A program made the translations under genes and the position numbers. Source: Octopus vulgaris (lineage: Eukaryota). Taken from it: a stretch of 64,000 bases of DNA. The notes beneath the pieces were generated by a model. That model had not been told where the DNA came from. It was given only the letters and a program-made list of their open reading frames with translations, and ran no database searches. Where the stretch lies: the NCBI GenBank assembly GCA_951406725.2, contig OX597831.1, forward strand, positions 52,142,001 to 52,206,000, written 5' to 3'. Positions 25,406-38,769 of the stretch are shown in pieces (within the stretch, counting starts at the first letter, position 1; each line of letters opens with the position of its first letter).

Positions 25406-28194
25406 CCATCAAACTGACTTTGGTCGGCCTGAGGCTTTAGAAGTCACTTGCCCAAGATACCACAGATTAAACCCGGAACCATGTGGTTGGGAAGCAAACT
25501 TCTTTCTGCGCAACCACGCCTACATACATAAATACGTGCATATGCTTGCATGGATTCCCATTGGTTTCAACAATAAATTTTCAGTTGTTTAATGAATTGA
25601 ATTGCTTGCTTATTGAATTAGCATATGTATGGACGAATGTTACACAGACAGAGTATCCTTAAATGTAATTCTCAGGCAGAATCAGTATGACTACACTGGA
25701 CTCTTCAGATTACAGGTACAATTGTTACACATTTGACACACCTTAAAACAACCGACATGTATAATAACCTTTCTCGAGAACCATTATTAAAAAAAAAAAA
25801 ATCAAACTAATTTCTGGTTAGGTGTGCCATTCAGAACATCTTGCGGTCAGCAATCTTTTGATATTAGTAGATGATGTCATTCACCTTTTCAGCCTAGCAT
25901 TTCTAGTCAAAATCGTCCAACATTGAGGGAACATTGTGTAGATAAATAACATTGTTTTCTAATATCAACAGATTACCCCGCAATCTGCAGTGTACCTGTA
26001 ACTACATTGAAATATATCGTAACTAGTAAATTTCTGTAATTAGGAGAAGAGAAGGCTTGTAAAAGAAACGGTGTTATAGCAAATATATTCCTTGCTATTA
26101 GAAAGTCTGACTAGTGATCTTTTGCATTATGAACATATAATGGCGGATAATTAAATGAAACAAACCAAACAGAAGGGCAATAAGAGAAAGTGGAAGAAAA
26201 TTATAACGGTTAATAATCGACCATAAAATGAAACAGAAATGTACTTGATGTAAGAAAATGATAATCGTAAAATCCAGTGTTGTTTTTTGTTTTGTTTTTG
26301 TATATCAATGCTTTGGCAGTGGACACCATTGATTTATGTGCCAACTGGAGGAGTGACAGATGGTCATAATTGGCCGACTCCTCATAACACATAAAAAGCA
26401 CATTTAAAGCTGAAGTTCATGACTCAGTTGAAAACTGGCCAGTGGACAAGAGTTCAGGCTTCAAATTGGAGCTGCACTTTGCGTAACATAAATGCAAACT
26501 TTCAGTTTCACTGCAGAAAAAGCAAAAACAAAAAAAAATTCATTTCGATTTCTCATCAATGATGATTGATTACAAATGATTACATGACTTTGTTTCACTT
26601 TCATTCATTGCGCTTCCTTCCCAGTGTATTTCACTTTATTTGTCCATCATTAAATGTTTGTAAATTGAAAGACTGTCAGCTGATAGATATAAGTGTTCTT
26701 AAATTGAAAATGGCGTTCACTTAATAGTGTGGTGGTGAGAACTCCCATCCATTGGGTCCCCAGTTTACAGATAGAGGAGTGACCTGTAGACATATAGGTT
26801 GTGAATATTCAATAATTAATCCTGGACAAAATCACAAGTTGCCCTTTGGCAAGGCATTACACCTTTCAGCAACCTTGCTATGGTCACTGTGAAATCCCCA
26901 AGCCCTGAAAAGAGCAGAAATGCCACTATCATTGGGATGCAGAATAGTAATAGAGAATGGAAGGCAAGACAAAATATTTTGTCTATGGATTTCTTCCTAT
27001 TTTGCTGAAGAAATTACTTTTGTGAAACTTAGTCTGGGAAACCTATCAGTTTGACTGAGACTGCTATCATCTATAGAACCTGTGACCATAGATGGGAAAT
27101 TAACAATTCAAAAACATTCCATGACTTGCATTAACTGAAATTCATAACGAAAAAATATTTTAAAAAATGTTTAGCCCCAGGTCAGCTCTGATCAAGCAGA
27201 CCTAGGATTGAAAAAACATGCTGCTGTTGACTAGGATTTAGACTTCGTTTGGTTATGTGGTTATGACTGACCATGTATTTCTGAACCTGAAAAGTTCCTC
27301 TTTAAGTCACAAGCTGGAGCAATTTTTTTTGTGTATGGAAGCCTTGCAACTGTCTATGCATGCAAGTCTTCCCTCTCTATGTCACTCATGATGTCAGAAT
27401 GAAAAGTAAGTTCCATACAGCACAGTCATTCTCAGATGTTATCACCAGAAAGCAAAGAGCTGGAACAATTACCTCACCGTCTCTCTGTCACACTCTAACC
27501 TTTCATCATCTGATACAAGATCACCTCCTCCAATACTCCCTCCCCTCTCAAAATTCCTTGTCTTGCAAGTTACTTGGTGACCCTGCCAGTGTTGGTGCCA
27601 TGTAAAAACTATGCCAAAACTGACCTCGCCTGTGCTGGTGCCACATAAAAATCACTCAGTCCACTCAGCAGGCCAGTTGGTGTTAGGAAGGGCATCCTGC
27701 TGTAAAAATCATGCCAAAACAAACAGTAGTCTAGGGTAGTCTTGTACCTGGCTGGCTCCTATCAAACCATCCTACCCATGCCAGCGTGGATATTAAACAA
27801 TGATGATGATGATAAACTCATCATACACTCTAACAATTCTGCCAATTCACTTGCCCTAGATTGGTAGTTATTTTTATTGACCTCTGACACCAAGAAAAGA
27901 TAACAGGTATAATTGGCAAATCCACCTTGGTGGGATTTGAACTTGAAATGCTGTGAGTCAGAACATGTACAGTGAAACATTCTATCTGATGTTCTCATGA
28001 ATCTATCAATTCACTATCTAAATGATAAGTATAAGTTAATCATTATGTCAATATCAGATAGATATTTCATTTGATCAAACAGTAGCTTGACACTTATCAG
28101 GCATTCTACGAGTCAACTGAATGTTCATTCAATAGTCAAGCTGTTGTTTCTATTGGAAACTGTCTTTTGCCTAAAGCTGTATTAACAAACGTTT

Positions 28195-28318
28195 TTTTTA
28201 GCTCAGTGTGTTGAAATTTTAATTTCTTTAATAAACCTGTTATTGAAGTGTCACAAGTATACTTGCACTTGTGACACTTGAATGAAGAAATAAAAATTTT
28301 GACACACTGAGCTAAAAA
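28195..28318. repeat. ~125-bp palindromic MITE-like hairpin
   Basis: TTTTTAGCTCAGTGTGTTGAAATTTT / AAAATTTTGACACACTGAGCTAAAAA, with inner AGTGTCACAAGT/ACTTGTGACACT. Confidence 0.75.
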
Positions 28319-28321
28319 GGT

Positions 28322-28349
<28 letters not shown>

Positions 28350-28356
<7 letters not shown>

Positions 28357-28600
28357 AAGTACATAAATGTGAAACAAGGTGGAAAAGAAATAGTATTCGA
28401 ATACCAGAGGCAGAGTAATATACTTTATTATTAAAGCTGCCAAAACATTACAAAAATATCACAAAAAGCTGCTACTCAGAGTTTCATGTTCCTGTTTGTC
28501 TGACAATCAAAATTGTCCAATGAATGGGAATGTGAAACTCAGAGTAGCAGTTTTTTATATTTTTGTCATGTTTTTGCAACTTTAATAATAAAGTATATGT
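28350..28600. mobile_element. Penelope-type foldback stub with two decayed hammerhead motifs
   Basis: Arms ~28419-28507 / 28512-28597. Plus strand AATTGT-CCAATGA-..-GAAACTCAGAGTA-GCAGTT; minus strand ATTGT-CAGACAA-..-GAAACTCTGAGTA-GCAGCT. (TA)n/(TG)n flanks. Confidence 0.6.
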
Positions 28601-28625
28601 GTGCATGTGTGTGTGTGTGTGTGTG

Positions 28626-28663
<38 letters not shown>

Positions 28664-28885
28664 GCGAGCTGGCAGTAACGTTAGCGCGACGGTCGAAATG
28701 CTTAGAGGTATTTCGTCTGACGTTACGTTCTGAGTTCAAATTCCGCTGTGGTAGACTTTGCCTTTCATCCTTTCGGGGTCGATAAATACAGTACCAGTTT
28801 CGCACTGGGGGCGATGTAATCGGCTTAATCCGTTTGTCTGTCCTTGTTTGTCTCCTCTATGTTTAGCCCCTTGTGGATAGTAAAG

Positions 28886-28922
<37 letters not shown>

Positions 28923-29619
28923 AACAATATGAGAGATCACTATATGGATCCCTTGAATGCTAAAAATTGATGTCAAACAAGGGATCCATATAGTGATCTC
29001 ACATATTGCTTATGTTTAAATAAAATTCATGGTTTACATCCACACAAACATTTGATCACTATAAATGAATCGTCTGTGTGGTTGTTCAGTAGGAATTGTC
29101 CAACCCTCATACGTCATCTAATGATGGGAGAGTCCATAATATATACACACACATATATGTGTGTGTGTGTGTGTGTGTGTGTATTTGTGTGTATATATAT
29201 ATATAACACAATTCATTCACAAGATGGCTCAGAGCTGTAGTAGAAGACACTTGCCCAAGGTGGGACTGAACCCATGACACATGATAAAGGGGAAGAAGGA
29301 AAAATAACTTTGGGGTCCTACATTATAAGGGTCATTTAAGTTTATATCCAGACATGGTTTAAACAGTTTACACAAGCATTGGTGCTGGTGCCATATAAAA
29401 AAGCACCCAGTATTAGGAAGGGCATCCAGCCACAGGAAACCAAGCCAAAACAGACTATGAAATCTGGTGCAGCCACTGACCTTGCTAGCTCCTGTTAATC
29501 TGTCCAATCCATGTCAGCATGAAAAACAGATGTCTGATGATAATGATGATGATGATCCTGCTTCATCTACCATCAATGACACACATGTGGTGTGTCCATA
29601 ATACAGACCACAATAATCC

Positions 29620-30042
29620 ACATACTGACCAATCCCTCTCTCTATCCACCCACTTATCCATTCATTAATCCATCATTTCAGCTACTCAGACATCCATCCA
29701 TCTATCCACCCATTCATCTATCCTACCATCTATTTGACTACCTATCTATCCTTCAATCCATCTGCTCTCCCACCCATCCACCCACTAGTGTCCTGTCATC
29801 CATTTCTTCACCAACTCATCAATTGATCCATCTGTCCATCCATACGTCTGTCCATCCATCTGTCCATCTGTCCATCCATCCATCCATCCGTCCGTCCGTA
29901 GGTGCAGGCATGGCTTTGTGGTAAGAAGCTTTCTTCCTAAGCACAAGGTTTTGGATTCAGTCCCATTGTGTGGCACCTTGGGTAAGGGTGTTCTGTTATA
30001 GCTTCCAGTCGACCAGAGCCTGGAAAACTAATGAAGCTTGTC

Positions 30043-30087
<45 letters not shown>

Positions 30088-30860
30088 CTAGGTGTGTGCC
30101 TTTGTGTCTGTGTTTGTCCCTTCACACACCACTGCTTGACAACTGGTGTTGATGTATTTAACTTAGTGGTTCAGCAGAAGAGATGATAGAATAAGTGCCA
30201 GGCTTAGGAAAAAAAACATAAGAAAACAGTTACTGGGGTTGATTCGTTTGACTAAAAATCTTTAAGGTGGTACTCCAGCATGGTCACAGTCTTATGACTG
30301 AAACAAGTATAAGATAAAAGATAAAGAATCTATCCATCTACCTAACTGTCCATCTATCCAACCATTTATTTATTTACCTACCCGTCCATTTAGTAATCTA
30401 TCAATTCATCTTCCCTCCCACCATCCAGCCAGCCAGCCACCCACCTATGTCTTGTCATCCATTCATCTATCCACCCATCTATCTATCTATTCACTTACCC
30501 ATCCATTTACTAATTCATCAATTTATCTACCCTCCCAGCTATCCACCCACTCACCTATATCCATCTATCCACTCATATATACCCCTGCCTATCCATCCAC
30601 ATGTATCCCCAACATCCGTCCATCAATCCCACTCGTTCCACTTTTGCATCTAATCCATCCCTCCATCTGCCCCATCCATTTCACCACTTACCCATCAATC
30701 TATCCACCCATTCATTCATCCGATCATCTCTTCATCTATCTATCCATCCATCCATCCATCCGTCCATTCATCCACCTACATCCATTTATCCACTTGTCCA
30801 ACTCTCAACTCACCTGTTCAGTCATTCACTTTGATCCACCCACATCCATCCATCCACATA
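29620..30860. repeat. Degenerate (CCAT)n tract interrupted by a CORE-like SINE (~29900-30325)
   Basis: CCAT/CTAT periodicity; SINE ends GACTGAAACAAGTATAAG. Confidence 0.8.
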
Positions 30861-31009
30861 ACTGATGCAAATGAATACACTTGAGCCATCAAGGAAGCCT
30901 CTATGTGGTACTTTGATCTACTAGAAATAACTGCCAGATTTCATTCAAATCACATCTGATATTTTTATCTGCTTTTACATGGTTTTTTAATGCAAGTATG
31001 AATTAGATG

Positions 31010-31081
<72 letters not shown>

Positions 31082-31500
31082 CTAGCAGCTAAGCCCAGTT
31101 TAACCCGGTCGGTTTAGATGATGTGGCTGTAAAACCTGCTCTGTGTAAGCATTCGACTTGTTTGGGCATGGTAATATTAAAAAACAATTTTAGAATGACT
31201 TTTTCTTTCAAAACGCTAAAAATAACTGACCAACAAAAAAAGAACAAACAACCAAGATTCAACCAAATCAAAAAATAAACCCAAATACTGAGCAAAAAAA
31301 GATGAACCATCCCACTTCCATTGCATGAGCACACGCACACACTCACACAAATACACACACACACACACAAACACACACATTCACATACCTCCTCTTTTTT
31401 ATACACACACACATATTCACACAGAGTTGAAATGCTGTTTGATTAATTTTTTACAGCATACAATTCTCATCATCCCACGACCAAGTATGACATCACCCCT
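31082..31500 (-). mobile_element. 5'-truncated non-autonomous Helitron (family of 45337-45837)
   Basis: CTAG terminus at 31082-31085 with a GC-rich subterminal hairpin; colinear with 45337-45765. Confidence 0.75.
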
Positions 31501-32419
31501 TTTTTTCACTTAAATATATTTATTTATATCATATAAAGGCTGAACATTTCTATATGCTATGTTGGATACATTGGTTGTCCGTCTGGTATGTTGATTTTGT
31601 TCATTCGTTATAAATCTTGAATTATGCTTGCACTGAGGATTAAAAAGTGCATTACTTAACTAATTATGAAATCACTGTGATATGCAGCTAAATTCTGTTT
31701 TTAAATGACTTAGTTCGAGAGTTGCATTCGGTACGATGTGTTTATTTATTTTGGTAGTTTTGACTTTAAGAGTCCCTCCTAGCGTGTGGCATTTATGTAT
31801 AGTAATGCCCTCTATATAATATAAATAAATATATTTAAGTGAAAAAATTGGTGGATTTTTTCTCATGATGGTAAGATTGTGGTTTCAATTCCTGGACTGG
31901 ATAATGCTTTGTGTTCTTGAGTAAAACACTTCATCTCACATTGCTCCAGTCCACTCAGCTGGCAAAAAATGTGTAATCCCGCAATGGACTGGTATTCCAT
32001 CCAGGCGGGGAATTTATATACCATGAAACATGTCGACATGACTCGAGAAGGTAACTTTACTTTACTTTTAACTGCAAGATGGTTAATGCTAGGAAGAGCA
32101 TCCAGGGCGGTGAGCTGACAAAAACATTAGCGTGCTGGGTGAAATGCTTAGCGGTATTTCGTCTGCCGTTATGTTCTGAGCTCAAATTCAGCCGAGGTCA
32201 ACTTGGCCTTTCATCCTTTCGAGGTCGATAAATAAAGTACTAGTTACGCACTGGGGTCGATGTAATTGGCTTAATCCCTTTGTCTGTCCTTGTTTGTCCC
32301 CTCTATGTTTAGCCCCTTGTGGGCAATAAAGAAATAAGAAACCACCCCAAGTTCACATTGGGGCAGCCCTGGAGCTCACTTGATCCTGTCGAACTGTTAA
32401 ACCCATGCCAGCATGGAAA

Positions 32420-33275
32420 ATAGATGTTAGATGATGATGATGAAGCTGGTGGTGGTGGTGGTGGTGGTGGTGGTGGTGGTGGGGGTTCTGATAATCACAA
32501 GGACGTTGGTGGTGATGATGAGGATTACAAATATGATGAGGCTGATGAAGGCTCTGTGGTGCTAGTGACATGATGCTGGTGTTGGTGTTGATGTTGGTGT
32601 TTTTGTGGTGGCGGTCATGTGATGTGGTGGTTGTTGTAATGATGGTAGTAATAGTGGTGACGATGAAGAGACAATGACAGTGTTAGTGAATGATGATGAT
32701 GATGATGGTAGATATTGGAGCCAGTGGCAATGAGCAAGTAGTGAAGATGGAAATAATGTTGCTGCTGCTGCTGCTGATACTGTTGATAACAATGATGATG
32801 GTGGTGGTTGTGATGATAATGATGATGATGGTGATGATGATGAAGATGATGACAGTGACGATGATGATTATAATGATGATGATGATGATGATTGATGATT
32901 ATGATTATGATGATGATGATGGTATTGGTGTTGTTGTTGGTTGTAGTGGTGGTGATGATGGTTATGATGATGATGATGATGATGTCGATGACGACAGTGA
33001 TGATGTCAATGATAACGGTGGTTGTGATAGTTATGGAAGCAGCAATGTTAATGATAATCACTAAATGATGATGATGATGCTTATGATGATGATGATGATG
33101 ATAAATTGCAATAACACTCAGGTTAATGACATTAGATAAGGTGTTTTTTTTTAATATCTTCCATAGTTGTTGTTGTTGTTATGTCGGTCATGTTTTTTTT
33201 TTATATAGTTTATTTTGTCATTTATTTTCTATTTGATTTCTTTCTTTTTTAATTTCTATTTTATTTTATTATTGC

Positions 33276-33325
<50 letters not shown>

Positions 33326-33330
33326 GTATT
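32420..33330. repeat. Compound trinucleotide microsatellite field (GAT/GGT/TAT)n
   Basis: Direct inspection; similar fields at 51200-51620, 59165-59355, 60125-60315, 60720-61950. Confidence 0.9.
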
Positions 33331-33435
33331 TTTTTTTTATGAAATGATCCAAGCAGAAAATCAATAACAGATGTGATGATGTCCTGCAATCATTGGGCTG
33401 CTGGAGGGAAGGGGTGGTTAGTAGGGAGTGGAGGT

Positions 33436-33486
<51 letters not shown>

Positions 33487-35929
33487 AGGGTGGAAGGGAG
33501 AACATGAAGGGGAAGGGAGAAGGGGATGTGTTATTGTGGGCGTGGGAGGAGGAGGGAATGTTGGTGGCTGGTCATGTGCACAAGATGGAAACAAATAAAC
33601 AGTGGAAGAGGAAGGGGACGAGGCAGAGAGGAGGTGGAGGAGGAAGAGGAGAAAATACATTTGAAAGAAAAACAAAAATGAAAAAATAAAATATAATAAT
33701 AACAACAACAACACCACCACCACCACCACCAACAACAACAACAATAATAATAATAAATATATAAATAAAATACACCTCCTTTGTCTCTTACCCTCTACTC
33801 CCTTCTACACTCACATACACACAAACATGTTTCCTTAATATCTACCTCCACCCCACTCAAAAAAATTTAAAAACAAAAAAAAAACCACATCAAATTCTTC
33901 TCTATGTTCCCATTATCAGAATAACTTTTGCACAGTAATTGTTAAAATTGATTTAAAAAAATATATATATATTTGCGTTTTTTTTTTCTTTTTTAACTTT
34001 TGTTTTTTTTGCAGTAATGATTTCTTATACTGTCTCAAAAATGTTTCGTTTGTAAAAGAGAGGTAACAAAGATTTTAGGCATTTCAATCAATCTTTTACA
34101 GTAATACAACCGGTATGGCACTTCATCGATTATGATGGTGAGGGTTCCGGTTGATCCGATCAACGGAACAGCCGCCTGCTCGTGAAATTAATGTGCAAGT
34201 GGTTGAGCACTTCACAGACATGTGTACCCTTAATGTAGTTCCCAGAGAGATTCAGTGTGAAACAGAGTGTGATATGGTTGGCCCTTTGAAATACAGGAAC
34301 TACACATTTTTGCCAGCTGACTGGATTGGAGCAACATGAAATAAAGTGTCTTGCTCAAGGACACAATGCATTGCCAGGAATTGAACTCACAACCTTATGA
34401 TCATGAGTCAAATATTGGTCCTGGCCTTTGGGCTTTTGTTTTGGATAAGCATTGGTTCCATATAGGAGAAGAGAGATTTGCATACATGGGCTGGTCTTCT
34501 ACAAGATGATCTTGCCCAGGCCTCTGCTTTGAGGGAAAGAATTTTCTATGTGTAGAAACCTGTAGCTGTGTTTATCAGTGACTCATTCATCACTAATTCA
34601 GGATAAAACATTATGCTCATTTGTGAACCATGTTATGCTTATCACAGATTGATCTGTGATAACATGGGCTGGAAATCAATCAAACATAGCTCAGACTGCA
34701 TACCAAAAACTGACCTTTCTTCTCAGGGCCACAACAGTTATTGATACCACAAAGCTCAGGTGAGACACATAATGGAGTATTACTCACATGTTTGAGATGG
34801 TGCTGTTGCCAAGGCCAGATTAAAACTCATAGAAGCCCTAAGCACTTGAAAGATTTTAGTGCCACATATATATGCAGTTCAAAATAAGATCAATAATAAA
34901 CCATAAAATAAATTTTTATTTTTCAAAATATGACATTATCATTAAACATTCTGTAATTAATATGTAATACTGCCTGACATATCACAAGATACTCTCTACT
35001 GTACACTATCACAACTCTGACAACCCAACATAACAAATAGTGTTTCTTTCTCATGACTGACAGACAGTCCTCTGGTGTGGAATCACAATAATAGTTGAAG
35101 AAAAACCAAAACTAACTGTAAACAAACCATCATTAACCACTTTTCTCACCCCTGCCTCTACACAGCACCACTAGCAATACCAGCAGCAGCAGCAGCATCT
35201 CATTTCACACCTTACTATGTCAAGGAAGAACGCATCGTTTTGACCGAGACCTTTGGTGAAGTGAAACCTTTGGCAGATTGAGATCATTGGCGGATTGAGA
35301 CCTTTGGTGGATCAAGACCTTTGATGATTTGTCATGCTTGAAAAGACACATCAAGCTAAGTGAAGTTGTAGTCATGGACAATGCTGGTGTTACGTAAAAA
35401 GCACCTGTTCTGGTGACACATAAAAAGCCTCCATGCCAGTGACATGTAAAAGGCACTCACTGCACTTTGTGTGGTGGTTGGCATTAGCAAGGGCATCCAG
35501 CCATAGAAACCAAGTCAAAACAGACTGGAACCTGGAGCAGCTCTCCGGCTTACCAGTTCCTGCCAAACTGTCCAACCCATGCCAGCATGGAAAACAGAAA
35601 CTAAATGATGATGATAATGATGCTGATGGTGATGATGATGATGACATTAGACAAGTTAATCCAGGTGCGAAAAAGGAGGAGGGCTACAGTTGCTTTACTT
35701 TTACCTTCAACTTAAAAATGGAGAAAGGCATAGTGCTAGGTATAAAAAATAAGCCATTTGGGGCTAGAAATAAAGTGGAAAAAGGTGAAATTCTTTGAGC
35801 AGACGTGTGTTTTTTTGCAAAATCTGTGATGGGCCTGAGTAATACTGATGACCTGGGGCTGCCTCTGATATGTGTGTGTGTGTGTGTGTGTATATATGAT
35901 GATAATGACGATAATGATGATTTATATAT

Positions 35930-36320
35930 ATATATATTATATAAAATCTATTCTGTCTGTGTGTGTGTGTGTCTTCTAGGATCTCGGGCATCCTCCATCC
36001 AATTGCGCTCAAATTTGATATGCAGATACCGATGGTATCAGGGCGTGTATAAGTCTTGAAAAATTTACAAAAATTGATTCCAGGTGAGTATGCGATCGAT
36101 AAAGCTGTGGGAACGTGCATTTGTACGCACAAGTACATCAGCTGTTGCAATCGATATAACGCATATGCGAGGAAAATGCATGTGCAGTTTGCGCAAAAAA
36201 AGCCAGCTGGCTTGAAATAATGCCACAAAATGGGACAGTCGGACAAGTTGTTTTGAGAAAATTTGGTTTAAATGTTTGACAACTCAGCACCGTCCATTGG
36301 ACAGGGGTGCATTTTGCTCG
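35930..36320 (+). mobile_element. Short non-autonomous Helitron-like element
   Basis: TATATTATATAAAATCTATTCTGTCTGTGTG start, hairpin CCGTCCATTGGACAGG, end GCTCG|T (decayed CTAG). Confidence 0.55.
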
Positions 36321-37136
36321 TATATATATATATATATACAAGAGGTTTCTATACAGTTTCCACTTACCAAATTCACTCATAGAGCATTGGTCATCCCTTA
36401 GAGCTATAGTAGAAAACACTTGTTCAAGGTGCCATGCAATGGGACTGAATCTGAAACTACTGTAGTTTGCAAAGTGAACTTCTTAACCACATAGACTTGA
36501 CTTGCCTGTGCCTAGAGGATGGTCATTGACAGAATGCTTTTGATTGTAAAAGTTTCCTAAATGAGTACTGGCCTGGGGCTAAACAGCATCAACAACACCA
36601 GCAGTTGTAGGCTACATGTTGTTTTCTTGTAAGCAATGGTGTATACATATATATTTTCACATGACACTCTATGTGGAACCAATTGCCTTCACCACATTGA
36701 TTTCGATTCCACTTAGTGTTTGAAATACTGAAGTACTTTAAACACAGTGCTGCCCAAAGATAAGAAGCATTGTTTCATAGCACTTCAGATGTGCAGCAGC
36801 TAGATGCAGTGGCAGTATCTACTAGTGCAGTTAGTTTTTTTGTTGTTTTTTTTTTATTTTATTGTTTTGTTTTCCCTTTTTATTCGTAATTTCTATTTTT
36901 TCATTTTTTATTTTTTATTTATTATTTTTTTAATATCAGTTGCTACCAGCTGAAGAAGAAATTTGTCTTGCTCTGATAGCAATGCTGTTGGCTATCAATA
37001 TCCTTCTGTCATTACTCCCTGCTACCTTGGTCTAGGGGTGATGTGCTGCTGGTTCTGTTTGTTGCATGTGTGTGTGTGTGTGGGCATATATACACATGCA
37101 TTTATATATATATATATATATATATATGTACATATA

Positions 37137-37269
<133 letters not shown>

Positions 37270-37338
37270 TACATGCATTTATGGGTACAGGACATCACAA
37301 ACAGTAAACAACATGAAAATGAAATATGAAAGCAAATA

Positions 37339-37730
37339 TTAGGTTGTCAAGAAAGTTCTTGCGGTTTTTAACCTTTAAATTCAGATGTACATATCTCAGC
37401 TCAAACAAAATTTCATTAATCGAAATTTAAACACCATCAGAATCAACATACTTTGCCAACGCGAAACAAATTAATTTATGCCAGTAGTATAAAAATCCTG
37501 TGTTCTGGTGGCAATGAAGTCGTTGAAGATGTGTTTGGCATCGTCTTGGTTTTCGAAGCATTTCTCAGAAAGTTGTTGAGATGCTTGATAAAGTGGTAGT
37601 TGGTAGGCAAGAGGTCTGGTGTATATGGAAGATGAGGCAGAGTTTTGTAGCCCAATTCATTCAACGTCTGCAGGATCAGTTGTGTGACATGTGGCCGAGC
37701 GTTGTCGTGGAGAAGAATTGGTTCCTTTTA
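37339..37730 (-). pseudogene. mariner transposase 3' fragment with one TIR (Hsmar1/cecropia-like)
   Basis: TA + TIR TTAGGTTGTCAAGAAAGTTCTTGCGGTTTT; minus strand PILLHDNARPHVTQLILQTLNELGYKTLPHLPYTPDLLPTNYHFIKHLNNFL (D34N spacing). Confidence 0.9.
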
Positions 37731-38499
37731 TCAAGTTAGGTTAAAGGGCTAGGTCCCTTTTTGTGAAGGCTGTCTGTAAGTTTTGGTAAGTTTTGCCAAC
37801 GCAGATCTCCAAAGCTACATTCTTCAATCGTCCTTAATCCAATGCAGTCATCCTCCTCTGAAACAAACCCACCATGCACATCTCCACAGCCAATTATCTC
37901 TACAGCCATGTCATTTAGAATCCCTAGGATGGGTTAGTGTTAGATCGGGATTAGAAGCTGCCTATTAGAGGCTCCCGAGCCACCTTCCATAAGGTTAGTC
38001 TAGGTTTTAGTTGAAGGCTTAGTTGTGGTCTGAACCTAACCCCCTCCATTTCAGTGGATCGGGAGCCCAATTAACCTTCTGGCAAAAAGGCATACCTATT
38101 ATTTATACCTTAGTTAACCTTGATGTCTTAGGTTCTTCTATGCGTCATGAACTTATAACTATTGACCTTACTGCGTTACTTTCTTCAATGCATCATACTC
38201 ATAAAATCACTTTGAATGCTGTTTTTTTGTGCTCTAATTGCTCTGCCTTTTTGCCAGAATCGGCACTTTTCTTCCCACCATTGCTATTCACTCATAGAAT
38301 GAGGGGGTTAGGTGAGGGGAGTTTTGGTGTCAAAAGGGCTGGCATGTGCAACTTGATCACCTCTGCCAGTCAAACTCCCAACCCATACGTTCCCGTTGCA
38401 ACACTGATTGCGCAGAACTGGGTTGGGTGTGAAACCAAAACTCAACAAATGAGATTTATGTGTATTTTCAAAATCATGCTATTTTGTGGCCAAATTCGA

Positions 38500-38765
38500 G
38501 GTTTTCCCTTTTTTTCTGACTAATGGCATGTGCACAGTCCCGCTAATTTTCCATGATTATGCCATTCCAGGTGTGAAAACCGAAGTCCAATGAATATCAA
38601 TTACTCTCATAAAAAGCTCCAACTAGCTCATAAGCAACAAAACTGGCCCGGGCTGAAATGTGATAAGAAACTTAGCTCTTGATTTAGTAAGATATCTTTA
38701 CTGCGACCTGGCAACGAACAACAAGCACTAGCACTAGACCCGGCAATGCTGGGCCATAGTGCTAG
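38500..38765 (+). mobile_element. Helitron 3' end
   Basis: Hairpin CCCGGCAATGCTGGG then GTGCTAG|T at 38762-38765; 5' boundary unclear (may reach ~37735). Confidence 0.6.
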
Positions 38766-38769
38766 TCTG

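Noticed and set aside
37476-37664. SETMAR orthologue
   Set aside because: No SET domain, a TIR is adjacent and the ORF is truncated and frameshifted; it is a plain mariner relic.
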